Positions 50,432-61,895 are shown, counted from the stretch's first letter. The stretch is DNA of 64,000 nt from Trueperaceae bacterium (GCA_965214405.1 OZ243956.1:1824001-1888000); one strand, 5' to 3'. Notes: a model not told the origin generated them from the sequence alone. Translations and numbers: made by a program.

Positions 50432-51640
50432 ATGCAAGAGATACTCGAGCAGGGCGAGGGCATTTTAAGACTCGTGCCCACCTGGGTGCCGCGGTCGTTT
50501 TGCGTTCCGGGCGGGCGGCTCAAGCTTCACCCGGACGACCTCTACGCCTTTGGCGCGAACCGCGGCGGCGTCGACGAGCGCTGGCTCGCCTCCACCACAA
50601 AAGCCGACAACGGCCCGCTGACCACCCCCGACGAAGGTCTCTCCTACGTCGTTTATGGAGACGCGGCGCGCCCCGAACGCGCGCTCCTACGTGACGTGAT
50701 TGCCGAACTCGGGGCCGAACTCTTAGGGAATGCCCTCTGGGACGCGTACGGCGGCCTGCCCATGTACGCCAAATTCTTCGACAACCAGGGCGCGCTGCCG
50801 CACCACCTTCACCAGCGGCCCGAACACGCCGCCGCCGTGGGGCAAAAGTCCAAGCCCGAGGCGTACTACTACCCGCCGCAACTCAACCATCATAAGGGCG
50901 ACTTCCCCTTGACGTTTTTCGGCCTCGAGCCCGGCACCACCCAAGACGACGTCAAGGCCTGTCTCGAGCGCTGGAACGAGGGCGACAATCACATTACGGG
51001 CTTGTCTCGAGCCTACACGCTTAGGCCCGGCGAAGGCTGGTACGTCCCGGCGGGCTTGCTCCACGCGCCGGGCAGCCTCTGCACCTACGAACCGCAGGGC
51101 TCGAGCGACGTTTTTGCGATGTTCGAGTCTTTGGTCAACGACCGGCCGGTCGACTGGTCGATGCTCGTCAGAAACGTTCCCGAGGCGCAACACCACGACC
51201 TCGACTACATCGTCTCGCTCATCGACTGGGAGGCCAACGTGGTGCCCAACGTGAAAGAGGTTTACCACCGCCCGCCCCTGCCTACGTCGTCCCCCGACGC
51301 GGTGCCCGACGCCGGTTTTCTAGAGCGGTGGGTGGTTTACGGAAACGCGCACGTGGCGGCCAAAGAACTCACCGTCCTGCCGGGAAGACGCGTCACCGTC
51401 AAGGACAACGGTCCCTACGGCGTCATCGTCATGCAAGGCCGGGGCCGCGTTGGACGCTGGGACGCCGAAGCCCCCGCGCTCATCCGTTTTGGCGAACTCA
51501 CCCAGGACGAATTTTTTGTGTCCGAGCGCGCGGCGCGTGCGGGGGTGGAGGTCAGGAACTCGAGTAGGACCGAGCCCCTGGTGCTGCTCAAACACTTCGG
51601 CCCGACCGAAAACGCCCCTGCCAAAAGCGTCCGCTTCTAG
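50432..51640 (+). CDS. Cupin protein related to type I phosphomannose isomerase
   Basis: ERW.AS, K.FD....LPHHLH, KPEAYY, VPAG.LHAPG, EPQ..SD. Confidence 0.7.
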   Translation: MQEILEQGEGILRLVPTWVPRSFCVPGGRLKLHPDDLYAFGANRGGVDERWLASTTKADNGPLTTPDEGLSYVVYGDAARPERALLRDVIAELGAELLGNALWDAYGGLPMYAKFFDNQGALPHHLHQRPEHAAAVGQKSKPEAYYYPPQLNHHKGDFPLTFFGLEPGTTQDDVKACLERWNEGDNHITGLSRAYTLRPGEGWYVPAGLLHAPGSLCTYEPQGSSDVFAMFESLVNDRPVDWSMLVRNVPEAQHHDLDYIVSLIDWEANVVPNVKEVYHRPPLPTSSPDAVPDAGFLERWVVYGNAHVAAKELTVLPGRRVTVKDNGPYGVIVMQGRGRVGRWDAEAPALIRFGELTQDEFFVSERAARAGVEVRNSSRTEPLVLLKHFGPTENAPAKSVRF

Positions 51641-51756
51641 CCCTTAGCCTCATCCACAGGTACAAATCTCACCTGCGTAAGCCCTACCGCCCAGCACCAA
51701 GCTTTACGAGCATTACAAAGAAAGCTATAGCACGCGTTTCTGCTTCCCTAAAGACG

Positions 51757-51825
51757 AAAGTACCGAGTACAAAGTACCGGATTCAGAGTGTCTCACTCGG
51801 TACTTTCCACTCGGTACTCACTCTT
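51757..51825. repeat. Inverted array of short GTACCGAG-like units
   Basis: AAAGTACCGAGTACAAAGTACCG faces CACTCGGTACTTTCCACTCGGTACT, giving an imperfect hairpin upstream of proS. Confidence 0.55.
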
Positions 51826-51905
51826 CTGAACGCTCCCGAAGAGAATTAAAGCCTAGCCCGGCATTGGTCCACGCCTCCTTTTCACCTCCCGTTCTGGTAG
51901 GCTAG

Positions 51906-53354
<1,449 letters not shown>

Positions 53355-53389
53355 AGGGTCCGGTCAGCGTTTGTGCTAAACTGGCGCGG

Positions 53390-53749
53390 ATGCAGCACAT
53401 GGAAAGAACCGCCGAGCCGCCCGTTACCCTCTATGAGAGCGTCCTCGAGGACATCCGCGCCATCGCCGCCGAACTCGACCTTGCTGTGGGGTTTGCGACG
53501 GGGCGGCGCGAGACGGACCTGTTTTTCGTCAAGGTGACGGGGGACAAGTTTCGCGCGCTGCAAATTCCTTCCTATATCCTCGACCACCGGCCCGAGGTGG
53601 ACGTCGAACTCTTGTCGTCGCGCTTTGAAACTACCGACTACCAGGTGACGCTGGTGGTGACCCAAAAGCTCTCTGAGCAGCCCGCGCTGCCGCTCGAGCG
53701 CCGCGCCAAGCTCAAGCGGCGTAAGGGCTCCAAAGCGCTGCGCCTCTAG
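53390..53749 (+). CDS. Hypothetical protein
   Basis: 119-codon ORF with host-like codon use and a TAAACT -10 box 7 nt upstream. Confidence 0.7.
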   Translation: MQHMERTAEPPVTLYESVLEDIRAIAAELDLAVGFATGRRETDLFFVKVTGDKFRALQIPSYILDHRPEVDVELLSSRFETTDYQVTLVVTQKLSEQPALPLERRAKLKRRKGSKALRL

Positions 53750-53766
53750 CTCCTTACCCGTAAGCG

Positions 53767-54057
53767 CTACAGCGCCCGCAAAAGCCAGAAGCTCGCCATC
53801 CCCACCAAAATCCCCAACCACAGGCTCCTGACGCGCCACAGCACGAGCCCCGCCAGCGCAGCCGCCAAGAGCCTCACGCCCCCCTCGCCGCGGCTCCCCG
53901 GCAGCGCCGGAAGGGTGAGCGCCGCGAACACCGCGACGGGGACGAAGTGCAAAAAGCGCCGCCAGAACTCGCCCAGTTCCCGCCCCGCCAGCACGAACCC
54001 CAAAAGGCGCGGCCCGTAGGTCACGAGCGCCATGAGCACGATGAGCGTGACCATCAC
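53767..54057 (-). CDS. azlD: AzlD family branched-chain amino acid exporter subunit
   Basis: MALVTY.PR, L..VP.AVF.AL; overlaps the azlC stop. Confidence 0.85.
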   Translation of the reverse strand: MMVTLIVLMALVTYGPRLLGFVLAGRELGEFWRRFLHFVPVAVFAALTLPALPGSRGEGGVRLLAAALAGLVLWRVRSLWLGILVGMASFWLLRAL

Positions 54058-54716
54058 CCGTCCCCCCGCGTCCATAACGCCCCGAGGAGCGCGCCCGCCA
54101 CGCCCGTCACGAGCACGGCCACGCCGCTGCTTAAAGTCTGCGAGAGCCCCAGCGCGGCGAGCCCCGCGAAAAGCGCGACGCCCACCTCTTTGAGGCTTTT
54201 TAGCAGGGGGATGAGCAGCGCCAAAAAAGCGAGCGGAAACACGAAGTCGATGCCCAGACGTTCGGGCGCGGGCACGGCGCTACTCAATAAACTTCCGACC
54301 AGCGTGGAGAGGTTCCACACGACGAATACGCTCAGCTCCGCGCCGAACAAGTAGCCCATGCGCCTCTCGCCACTCACAACCGTCACCCCGAAAGCCTCGT
54401 CGGTCAGAAAGTAAGCGGCAATGAGTTTTTTAGGTCCACTAAGCTTCACCCTTTGCCCCAGCGAGAGACCGTAAAGGAGGTGGCGGAGGTTAATCAAAAA
54501 GGTGGTGAGCACGATTCCGACACCGCTCGCTCCGGCGGCGAGGAGCCCCGCCGCGCTAAACTGCGCGCCGCCCGAGAAGACGATGAGGCTCATCAGTTGC
54601 GTCTCAAAGGGGGTGAGCCCCGCGCCTCGAGCCGTGACCGCGTAGGCGAGGCCGAAGGGAATCATGCCGAGCCAGAGGGGAATCACGGCCCTAAAGCCGC
54701 GCCAAAAGGTGCTCAC
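54054..54716 (-). CDS. azlC: AzlC family branched-chain amino acid exporter
   Basis: P...G.IPFG.AY, MS..VFSG.AQF, N.RHLLYG, LTDE.F, F..LL.P. Confidence 0.9.
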   Translation of the reverse strand: MSTFWRGFRAVIPLWLGMIPFGLAYAVTARGAGLTPFETQLMSLIVFSGGAQFSAAGLLAAGASGVGIVLTTFLINLRHLLYGLSLGQRVKLSGPKKLIAAYFLTDEAFGVTVVSGERRMGYLFGAELSVFVVWNLSTLVGSLLSSAVPAPERLGIDFVFPLAFLALLIPLLKSLKEVGVALFAGLAALGLSQTLSSGVAVLVTGVAGALLGALWTRGDG

Positions 54717-54771
54717 CTCATTTAGCTTAGGTTCAAAGCTAGGGTGACGCTAGGAAGATATTGCTTTCGGT

Positions 54772-55587
54772 TTAATGCGCGCTCATTGCAGCGCGGACGT
54801 ATTCACCCGGCGTCACGCCGACGAGCCTTTTGAAACTCCCGCCGAAGTGACTTTGGTCGAAAAAGCCGGTCTGGACAGCAACCTGAGCAACGGTCTGACC
54901 CTCAGCGAGCTTGGTTTTCGCCCTCCGGACGCGAACCTGTAATCCGTAAGCGTGGGGGGTGAGGCCGGTCTCGAGCCTGAACGCCCGGAGGAGGTGGTGG
55001 GGGCTCCAGTCCACAAGCGTGGCAAGTGTTTCTAAAGAAACTCTCTCATGGGGATGCGCGTCCAGATACTCTCTGGCGCTCCTTACCTTGGTGGGTTCGC
55101 GGCCCGCGTCCTTTAACCTAAAGGAGCCGTCGGCGTAACGTGTGAGGAGTTTAGCGAGGGGTCTAAGCAGCGCCTCCGTCTCTCCCCACCGCATCACCGC
55201 GTCGTGCGCGCGTGCTAAATCTGCCGCGAGCGCTGGGTCGTGAATAACGGCGTGAGAGAAAAAGGGTAGCGTGGCCCGTCCGGTGACCGCCTCGGCCACT
55301 CGCGTCATAAACGCGCCCGACGGGTAAAGCACGCGGTAGCGCCAGCCCGCGTCACCGGCGGCGGCGCCCGTGTGCATCTCGCCGGGGTTCACGATGACCA
55401 AGTGTCGGGGTGGCGCAAGGTAACGCGCGCCGCGGTAGCGAAACGTCTCTGCGCCCCCTTCAATCACACCAATTACATAACCCTCATGGGTGTGCGGCGA
55501 AAAGGTGTGGGTGAGGTAGCGCGCGTGAAGAAGCTCCAACTCGGGACCTTGCCAGAAGGTCGCCCACTCGAGCGGTTTAGCCGTCAT
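54772..55587 (-). CDS. AraC family transcriptional regulator
   Basis: F.PH.H..Y.IG.I, NPGE.H.G, F....GLTP..Y, GF.DQSH....FK...G.TP..Y. Confidence 0.93.
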   Translation of the reverse strand: MTAKPLEWATFWQGPELELLHARYLTHTFSPHTHEGYVIGVIEGGAETFRYRGARYLAPPRHLVIVNPGEMHTGAAAGDAGWRYRVLYPSGAFMTRVAEAVTGRATLPFFSHAVIHDPALAADLARAHDAVMRWGETEALLRPLAKLLTRYADGSFRLKDAGREPTKVRSAREYLDAHPHERVSLETLATLVDWSPHHLLRAFRLETGLTPHAYGLQVRVRRAKTKLAEGQTVAQVAVQTGFFDQSHFGGSFKRLVGVTPGEYVRAAMSAH

Positions 55588-55715
55588 AAAACAGGCTAAC
55601 ACCTCCCGCGTTGTTTGGCGGCTCGAGGGGCCAGAGCAACTGTAGGCGCGACTTATCAGGCGCGCCCTGCCGGGTTCTAAAATGTGAAGTGATAAAACTC
55701 ATGGGGGTGCATAAA

Positions 55716-56201
55716 ATGGCAGACCAGAAAAAAGATTACGAAGAGACCACAACCATCCAGGCGTCACCGCAAGAGGTTTACGATTTTGTCTCGGACGTGA
55801 GCAACTTGCCCAAGTACCTACCGACGACCAAGAGCGCCCAGCAGCAGTCGGGCGAGCGGGTACGCGTGCAAGGCGAGGCGGAGGGCCATCAGTACGACTC
55901 GGACGGCTACTTCCGCACGAACGGCGCGAACCAGCGCCTCACCTGGGGGGCCGACGAGGATTATTATTCGGGCTGGCTCGACATCAACAGCCAGGGTGAC
56001 AACAGCTCGGAGGTCACGGTTCACATTACCTTTACGGGTGGCCCGCCCGCGGGTCGGGGCGACCCTCCCGGTGATGAACAGTCGCGCGGTCCTGACGACA
56101 GCGAAGTTCAAGAAGGACTGGTCAAGGCGCTCGAGTCCATCAAAAATTATGTCGAAGAAGGTCGTAGCGGCGGCAAAGAGGAGCCGAGCGCGGCGACGTA
56201 A
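55716..56201 (+). CDS. SRPBCC/START family protein
   Basis: I.ASP.EVY.FVSD..NLP.Y.P, C-terminal ALESIK..VE. Confidence 0.8.
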   Translation: MADQKKDYEETTTIQASPQEVYDFVSDVSNLPKYLPTTKSAQQQSGERVRVQGEAEGHQYDSDGYFRTNGANQRLTWGADEDYYSGWLDINSQGDNSSEVTVHITFTGGPPAGRGDPPGDEQSRGPDDSEVQEGLVKALESIKNYVEEGRSGGKEEPSAAT

Positions 56202-56228
56202 AAACGTAGGTTTTAAGCCAAGCAGCTT

Positions 56229-56259
56229 AAAGAGGATGGCTTTTGACCATCCTCTTTTT
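56229..56259. terminator. Bidirectional terminator
   Basis: AAAGAGGATGG-CTTTTGA-CCATCCTCTTT between convergent genes. Confidence 0.75.
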
Positions 56260-56313
56260 ATGTTGCCCAGCTAAGCACTTTCAGATGCACGACCTCTTAT
56301 ACGCTTTATACGC

Positions 56314-57270
56314 TCAGGCAACCTCTACGACTACCTTGCCGCGCAGACCCTCGCCACCCTGCTCGACGCGGCTATGCGCCTCGCCGAGCTTTTCTAGCGG
56401 GTAAGTCGCGCCGACGACGGACTTAATTTGACCCCGTTCGAAAAGGGTGCGGAGCTGCTCGAGCTTTTCTTGCGCGTCTTCTAAATGCACAAAGTGAACT
56501 GTGATGTTTTTACGCATGGCTGGGTTGAGGTCGCCCTGCGCGCCCGTGATGGTCGCAATTTGACCGCCCATCTTGACCGCGTTGATGCTCTCGGCAGAGA
56601 GTTTGCCCCCGGCGGCGTCCAAGGCCACGTCCACGCCCTCGCCGCCCGTCTCGCCGTTCACGACCTCCACAAAGTTTTCGTTGCGGTAGTCGATCACCCG
56701 GTCCGCGCCGAGTGACTTGACAAAGTCGGCGTCATAACCGCCGCAAGTGGCGAACACGTACGCGCCCGCCGCCTTGGCGAGCTGCACCGCGTAGTGACCC
56801 ACGCCGCCCGCGCCGCCGTGGATGAGCACGCTTTGACCGAGCCGCACGTCCGCCGCACTCACGAGCGCCGCGTAGGCGGTGCCCCCGGCCACGGGTACCG
56901 CCGCGGCCTCCGCAAAGGAGAGGTTTTTGGGTTTTTTAGCGACCCTGCCCACATGCGTGAGGTGATACTCGGCGTCCGCGCCGCCACGCCGGTCCATCAA
57001 ATCAACGGCGTAGTAGACCTCGTCGCCCGGCGCAAAGCCTTCTACGCCCGCGCCGACCTCCTCGACGGTGCCCGCCACGTCGTAGCCGAGCACGACCGGC
57101 GTCTGCATCATCGGCCCGAACATCCCTGAACGCACGCCCGCGTCGGCGGGGTTGACCGAGGTGGCGTGGACCTTGACCAGCACGTCGTTGGGGCCGGGGG
57201 TGGGCCGCTCGCGCTCTTGCATCTCGAACCCCTCGGGGCCGCCAAACTTTGTCAGGACCATTGCCTTCAT
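56314..57270 (-). CDS. NADPH:quinone oxidoreductase-like MDR family protein
   Basis: V.ATSVNP.D, G.DVAG.V, IHGGAGGVG..AVQLAK, GKVV. Confidence 0.9.
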   Translation of the reverse strand: MKAMVLTKFGGPEGFEMQERERPTPGPNDVLVKVHATSVNPADAGVRSGMFGPMMQTPVVLGYDVAGTVEEVGAGVEGFAPGDEVYYAVDLMDRRGGADAEYHLTHVGRVAKKPKNLSFAEAAAVPVAGGTAYAALVSAADVRLGQSVLIHGGAGGVGHYAVQLAKAAGAYVFATCGGYDADFVKSLGADRVIDYRNENFVEVVNGETGGEGVDVALDAAGGKLSAESINAVKMGGQIATITGAQGDLNPAMRKNITVHFVHLEDAQEKLEQLRTLFERGQIKSVVGATYPLEKLGEAHSRVEQGGEGLRGKVVVEVA

Positions 57271-57959
57271 AAGCTCACCTTTTCGTCTTGTGCCGCGTTT
57301 TGTAAATCAGCTTGGATTGTGTCAAAAGCTTGTAAGAAAAGTTCGGGCGGTTGTGCGCCCGACACGCCGTACTGGTTGTTTAGGACGTAGAAGGGGACGC
57401 TCGAGACCCCCAGCCGCTGCGCCCGCTCTTGGCTCGCCCAGACCTCCGCGCTGAGTGCGTCAGTCCCTAAAAGCGCGCGCACCGCGTCCTCTTCTAAACC
57501 CACGCGCGTCGCCACCTCCACAAGGTCGTCAAGGCTGTTGAGGTCGCGGCCCTCGCCGAAGTACGCCTTAAAAAGCGCCTTGGCCGTTTCCATTTCCTTG
57601 CCAAACTCCGCCGCCAGCAGAATCAGCCGGTGCGCGTCTACGGTGTTGGGCGCGCTCGCTACCTCTTCAAAGTTGAACTCGAGTCCCGCCCGCTCACCAA
57701 CCTCTGCCACATGCGCGAACGCGCTTTGCGCCCTCGCCCAGCCGCCGAACTTTTCTTCGGCAAACGCGCGCCAGGGCTCGCCCCCTGCGGGCATCTCGGG
57801 CCGCAGTTGAAAGGGCCGCCAGCGCAACGTCATGCCTAAGTCGGGCCGCGCGGCGAGCGCCGCCTCTAAATGCGCCTCGCCGACGTAACACCAGGGGCAG
57901 ACCACATCTGCATAGACGTCAATTTCTATCACGTCTGTTTTAGTGTTCATGCTCATCAT
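57267..57959 (-). CDS. DsbA family oxidoreductase (FrnE-like)
   Basis: D.VCPWCYVG, W.PFQL.P, NT.DAHRL, GV.SVPF, SGAQP. Confidence 0.92.
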   Translation of the reverse strand: MMSMNTKTDVIEIDVYADVVCPWCYVGEAHLEAALAARPDLGMTLRWRPFQLRPEMPAGGEPWRAFAEEKFGGWARAQSAFAHVAEVGERAGLEFNFEEVASAPNTVDAHRLILLAAEFGKEMETAKALFKAYFGEGRDLNSLDDLVEVATRVGLEEDAVRALLGTDALSAEVWASQERAQRLGVSSVPFYVLNNQYGVSGAQPPELFLQAFDTIQADLQNAAQDEKVSL

Positions 57960-57960
57960 T

Positions 57961-58590
57961 CTAAGAACTCACCATCGGGGCCTCTTGCAAGTAGCGGTTG
58001 TCGGTGAGCTGCTTGAGCATAAAGTCGGCCACGTCCGCCCTCGAGACGCGCGTCCCGCTGTCCTTGCCGATATAGCCGACTTTATATTTGCCCGTGTGCG
58101 GGCCGTTCGTCAGCATGGGGCCGCGCACGATGACCCAGTCTAAGCCGCTCCGGCGGAGCACGTCGGCGTGGTTTTCGGCGTCCTCCAAAACGCTCTTTTG
58201 CAGGGTCTTGAGCAAAAACTTGATGACGCGGTCCGCGATCTTGGGCCGGTCTTGCGGGTCGCTCACGCCCGCACCCGTAAGGCTGACGATGCGCTCGACC
58301 TCGTGCCGCTTCATCGCCGCGACGATGTTGCGCGTGGCGACCGTCTGCACGTCGTCGGGCGACCCCTTGGTGTGACCCAAGGCGCTTAGCACCGCGTCCA
58401 CCCCCTCGAGCGCCCGCTCGACCGCCTTGGGGTCGGTGGCGTCGCCCTGAACGAGTTCCAGGCGTTCGTGCGTGACGGGCATCTTGTCGGGCGAGCGGAC
58501 GAACGCCTTGACCTCGTGACCCGCCTCCAAGGCCTGCTTCACCAGCGGAATCCCCGTTTTACCCGTGGCCCCAAAAATAGCCAGCTTCAC
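57961..58590 (-). CDS. NAD(P)H-binding flavin-reductase-like protein
   Basis: MKLAIFGATGKTG, W..VR...L, SRADVA.F; GTG start overlaps the upstream stop. Confidence 0.88.
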   Translation of the reverse strand: MKLAIFGATGKTGIPLVKQALEAGHEVKAFVRSPDKMPVTHERLELVQGDATDPKAVERALEGVDAVLSALGHTKGSPDDVQTVATRNIVAAMKRHEVERIVSLTGAGVSDPQDRPKIADRVIKFLLKTLQKSVLEDAENHADVLRRSGLDWVIVRGPMLTNGPHTGKYKVGYIGKDSGTRVSRADVADFMLKQLTDNRYLQEAPMVSS

Positions 58591-59501
58591 GCGCCCACCT
58601 CCGCCGGGTTCCGGGAGAACGCCTCTTGGTGCTCGCGGACCCACGCTTCTAACCTTGTGAGTTCTACGGGCATCTTCTCCAGCGCGGCGTCAACGTCGAC
58701 GTTGAAAGAGAACATCTCAGGGTTCTCGTACGCCATCGCGTAACCCTGCGCGGCGGGCTCGCCCATGCCGGGAAATACCGCGTCGAGCTTTTCGCCAAAT
58801 TCGGCGGCGGGCATCGGGCGGAAGGTGATGTCGCGGCCCAAGGCGCGGCTCATGCGCTGGGCGACCTCTTCACCGTTAAGGCGTTCGGGTCCGGCGACCT
58901 TGATGTTTAGGGGAGCCAACTCAGGATGCGTAAGCGCGTAGACCGCAAACGCGGCCACGTCGTCGGTGGCGACCCACTGCATCTTGACCGTGTTGGGCGT
59001 CGGGTAGGCGTAGGTGTCCGCCTCGGCGAGTTCGCCCAGCGTCCAGGGTCCCAAAAAGTTTTCCATATAGGCGGTGGGCTGGATGACCACGTAAGGCACG
59101 CCGCTCTCTTGAAGGTGCTCTAAGAGGTCAATGCGGCTGTCAAAGCCGGGATTGCCGCTCCTACCGGGCGGAATCTCACCCGAGGCGTTCCACACCAGCA
59201 GCTCGACCCCCGCCTCCTTGGCGGCGTTTATCGCGTTTTTGCCGTAGCGCCCGCCGTCGGTCGGGTTTTCAGTAAAAAAGGGCACAAGCAAGAAAACCGC
59301 GTCGACGCCCTCACCGGCGCTACGCAGGCTCTCAGGGTCGCCCAAGTCACCCTCGACAATCTCGGCTCCTTTATCAGCCAGCGCCCTGGCCCCCTCCGGT
59401 TTCCGCGTCAGCACGCGGACGTGGTGCCCCGCCTCGAGCAACTTCCGAGCCACAGGATTCCCCTGTGAGCCCGTCGCGCCGTAAACAAGAATGTGTGACA
59501 T
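58587..59501 (-). CDS. NmrA family NAD(P)-binding protein
   Basis: ILVYGATGSQG, GDL.D..SL, P..YMEN, DVA. Confidence 0.88.
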   Translation of the reverse strand: MSHILVYGATGSQGNPVARKLLEAGHHVRVLTRKPEGARALADKGAEIVEGDLGDPESLRSAGEGVDAVFLLVPFFTENPTDGGRYGKNAINAAKEAGVELLVWNASGEIPPGRSGNPGFDSRIDLLEHLQESGVPYVVIQPTAYMENFLGPWTLGELAEADTYAYPTPNTVKMQWVATDDVAAFAVYALTHPELAPLNIKVAGPERLNGEEVAQRMSRALGRDITFRPMPAAEFGEKLDAVFPGMGEPAAQGYAMAYENPEMFSFNVDVDAALEKMPVELTRLEAWVREHQEAFSRNPAEVGA

Positions 59502-59663
59502 AATTTGCTCCTCTGTACGTTTGCTAGCTTCTACGTGGACCACAGTCGCGCATTACGCTCGAGCCGTCTCCCACCGTTTCTTCACTATACGCGAGTCAGG
59601 AAACGCGGACCGTTCCCTGCGCCGGTTCTCCTAAAGAGGCTATCATTTATAGTTTTACTTGTG

Positions 59664-59690
59664 AAGTAGTATCTAAAAAGTGAACTACTT
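59664..59690. promoter_or_regulatory. Candidate HxlR-family operator
   Basis: AAGTAGT-N13-ACTACTT inverted repeat in the AT-rich divergent promoter region. Confidence 0.5.
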
Positions 59691-59746
59691 ACCAAAGATG
59701 AAGCTTTAGCCTTGTCTCCAGACCGTTTAGCTTTATAATTCAAAAC

Positions 59747-60070
59747 ATGAATTACGACGTAAGCGTAAAGACCAAAGGGCAGTGCGTGGTGGAGCGCACC
59801 GTGGACATCATCGGCGGCAAGTGGACGACGCTCATTTTGCGCGAGCTTCTGGGCGGCACCAAACGCTTTGGCGAGATACGCTCGAGCCTAGAAGGCATCT
59901 CGCCCAAAACCCTGACGGACCGGTTGAGAGAGCTCGAGGCCCACGAAATTCTGGAGCGCACCGTCTACCCCGAGGTGCCGCCCAGGGTCGAATACACGCT
60001 GACCGAACGCGGCGAGGCGCTGAGGCCCGTGATCGAGGCGATGGGGGCGTGGGGGGCGAAGTGGACGTAA
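59747..60070 (+). CDS. HxlR family winged-HTH regulator
   Basis: C.V......IGGKW..LIL.EL..G..RF, L...L.ELE, PP.VEY.LT..G..L, WG. Confidence 0.94.
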   Translation: MNYDVSVKTKGQCVVERTVDIIGGKWTTLILRELLGGTKRFGEIRSSLEGISPKTLTDRLRELEAHEILERTVYPEVPPRVEYTLTERGEALRPVIEAMGAWGAKWT

Positions 60071-60089
60071 AAACAGGAGGAGACGGGTT

Positions 60090-60314
60090 ATGAAGCTGGC
60101 GGAGCGCATTGAGATAAATCCGGAAGTGATGGTGGGAAAGCCCGTTATCAAAGGAACGCGCGTTCCGATCGAACTGCTCTTGCGAAAACTTTCCGAGGGT
60201 GCGAGTGTGGCCGAGCTTTTGGACGCTTACCCTCATCTGGTTGAGGAAGATGTCTACGCGGCGCTGACCTACGCAGCCGCGGCGGTCGCTCTTGATGAGA
60301 CTGTGCTGGCTTGA
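60090..60314 (+). CDS. DUF433 family antitoxin
   Basis: RIEINPEVMVGKPVIKGTRVP, ELL..YP.L..EDV.AAL.YAA; no intact toxin follows. Confidence 0.9.
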   Translation: MKLAERIEINPEVMVGKPVIKGTRVPIELLLRKLSEGASVAELLDAYPHLVEEDVYAALTYAAAAVALDETVLA

Positions 60315-60404
60315 GGACGAGGCGAAGGGGCTTGTGGTGATGCAGCTCAGGTAAACGTAAAAAAACATCGTCTCCTATTTCTATCTAACAACTCATCTAC
60401 CCAA

Positions 60405-60428
60405 AACAAGGGGTTGCAACCCCTTGTT
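60405..60428. repeat. Perfect 24-bp palindrome, REP-like
   Basis: AACAAGGGGTTGCAACCCCTTGTT. Confidence 0.8.
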
Positions 60429-60596
60429 ACTCGTGTTGTTACTCGTGGCGCGTCAGGGAGACAATGTTTGCACCGCCACCAAGAGGTACCTATAGGAAAC
60501 TTCCCAAGCCCAAAAAGGGACCAACAAACAAGGCCTGAACACGTACAATAAAGACATGCCGATTTACACCAAACCCGTTCACCCAAACAGCCTCAC

Positions 60597-61895
60597 ATGA
60601 AAATCCTCCACACCGCCGACTGGCACGCCGGGCGCAGCCTGCACGGCGTGAACCGCACCCCCGAAATCCGCGCCGTGCTGCAAGAGATCGCGGCGCTGGC
60701 GGTTGAAGAGCAAGTTGATTTGATTCTGGTCGCGGGCGACCTCTATGACAATAAAAATCCGGGGGCCGAGGCCGAGGCGGCGGTGTATGAATTCTTTTTG
60801 ACCACGGGCCGCGCGGGGATTCCGAGTGTGGCAATAGCGGGCAATCACGACGCGCCCAACCGCCTCGACGCGGTGGGCGGGCTCCTCAACCTCGTCAACG
60901 TGCGCGCGTTTGGCGAGGCCAGGGTGGCGGGGCAAGGGGGGAGCTTCAGGATGCGCTTCGGGAATGAAACCGCGCAGATTGCGGCGCTGCCTTTTGTGTC
61001 GGAGCGCCGCATCGTCAAGGTGTTGGAGCTTTTGGAGGGCGACGCCGGGAGGTGGCGCGAGCGCTATCAGGCGGGGATGCGGGGGCTTATTCAGAACCTC
61101 ACCAAGCCCTTTAGCGCGGACACGGTCAACCTGCTTCTCATGCACACGACGATGAACGGCGCGACGCTGTCGAACTCCGAATACAGCTTTCACTGCACCG
61201 AAAACTACAGTCTGAGCCCCGACATCTTCCCCGAGGGCGTGTCGTACGTGGCGCTCGGACACATCCACAAGCCGCAGTCCGTCAAAGATTTTCCCGACTA
61301 CGCCGCGCGTTACGTGGGCTCGCCCTTGCAGCTCGACTTCGGCGAACAGGGGACGACAAAATATGTAGACATCGTCGAGGCGCGGGCGGGTCGGCCTACC
61401 GAACTCGTCAAGCGGCATGAAGTGAGAGCGGGCCGGAGGCTCAAGCGCGTGAAGCTGGGCCGGGAGGAGGTGGAGCGGCGGGTGCTCGAGCTCGCCTCCT
61501 TTGACGGCTGGCTCAAAGTGGTGCTCGAGCTTTCCCACCCCGAGCCGGGCCTCAAAGACCGCGTCAAGGCGAGTTTGCCCAACGTGCTCCACGTCGAGCT
61601 GAGCCTGCCCGAGATGGAGCGCGCGCGGTTAGGCGGGGTGGATTTGGAAAAGGTCGAACTGGTGGACGCCTACGCGCAGTATTACGAAGAAGCGCGCGCG
61701 GACGCGCTGCCGGACCCGTTGCGCGAGGCGTTTGCGGGACTTTATAAGACGGTCCAGGAGGGTGAAGCTGAAGACGCAGGAGGAGCCGTGGCTGTAGGGG
61801 GCGCTGTAGGAGACGTAGCGTTAGAGGAAGCCGTATCTAAGAAAGGCGCGTCGGAGGGAACATCTGAGGAAACCATGCCGGAGGAGGTCGCGTGA
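60597..61895 (+). CDS. sbcD: Exonuclease SbcCD subunit D
   Basis: MKILHTADWH.G, AGDLYD, AGNHD, YVALGHIHK.Q, Y.GSPLQLDFGE. Confidence 0.95.
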   Translation: MKILHTADWHAGRSLHGVNRTPEIRAVLQEIAALAVEEQVDLILVAGDLYDNKNPGAEAEAAVYEFFLTTGRAGIPSVAIAGNHDAPNRLDAVGGLLNLVNVRAFGEARVAGQGGSFRMRFGNETAQIAALPFVSERRIVKVLELLEGDAGRWRERYQAGMRGLIQNLTKPFSADTVNLLLMHTTMNGATLSNSEYSFHCTENYSLSPDIFPEGVSYVALGHIHKPQSVKDFPDYAARYVGSPLQLDFGEQGTTKYVDIVEARAGRPTELVKRHEVRAGRRLKRVKLGREEVERRVLELASFDGWLKVVLELSHPEPGLKDRVKASLPNVLHVELSLPEMERARLGGVDLEKVELVDAYAQYYEEARADALPDPLREAFAGLYKTVQEGEAEDAGGAVAVGGAVGDVALEEAVSKKGASEGTSEETMPEEVA

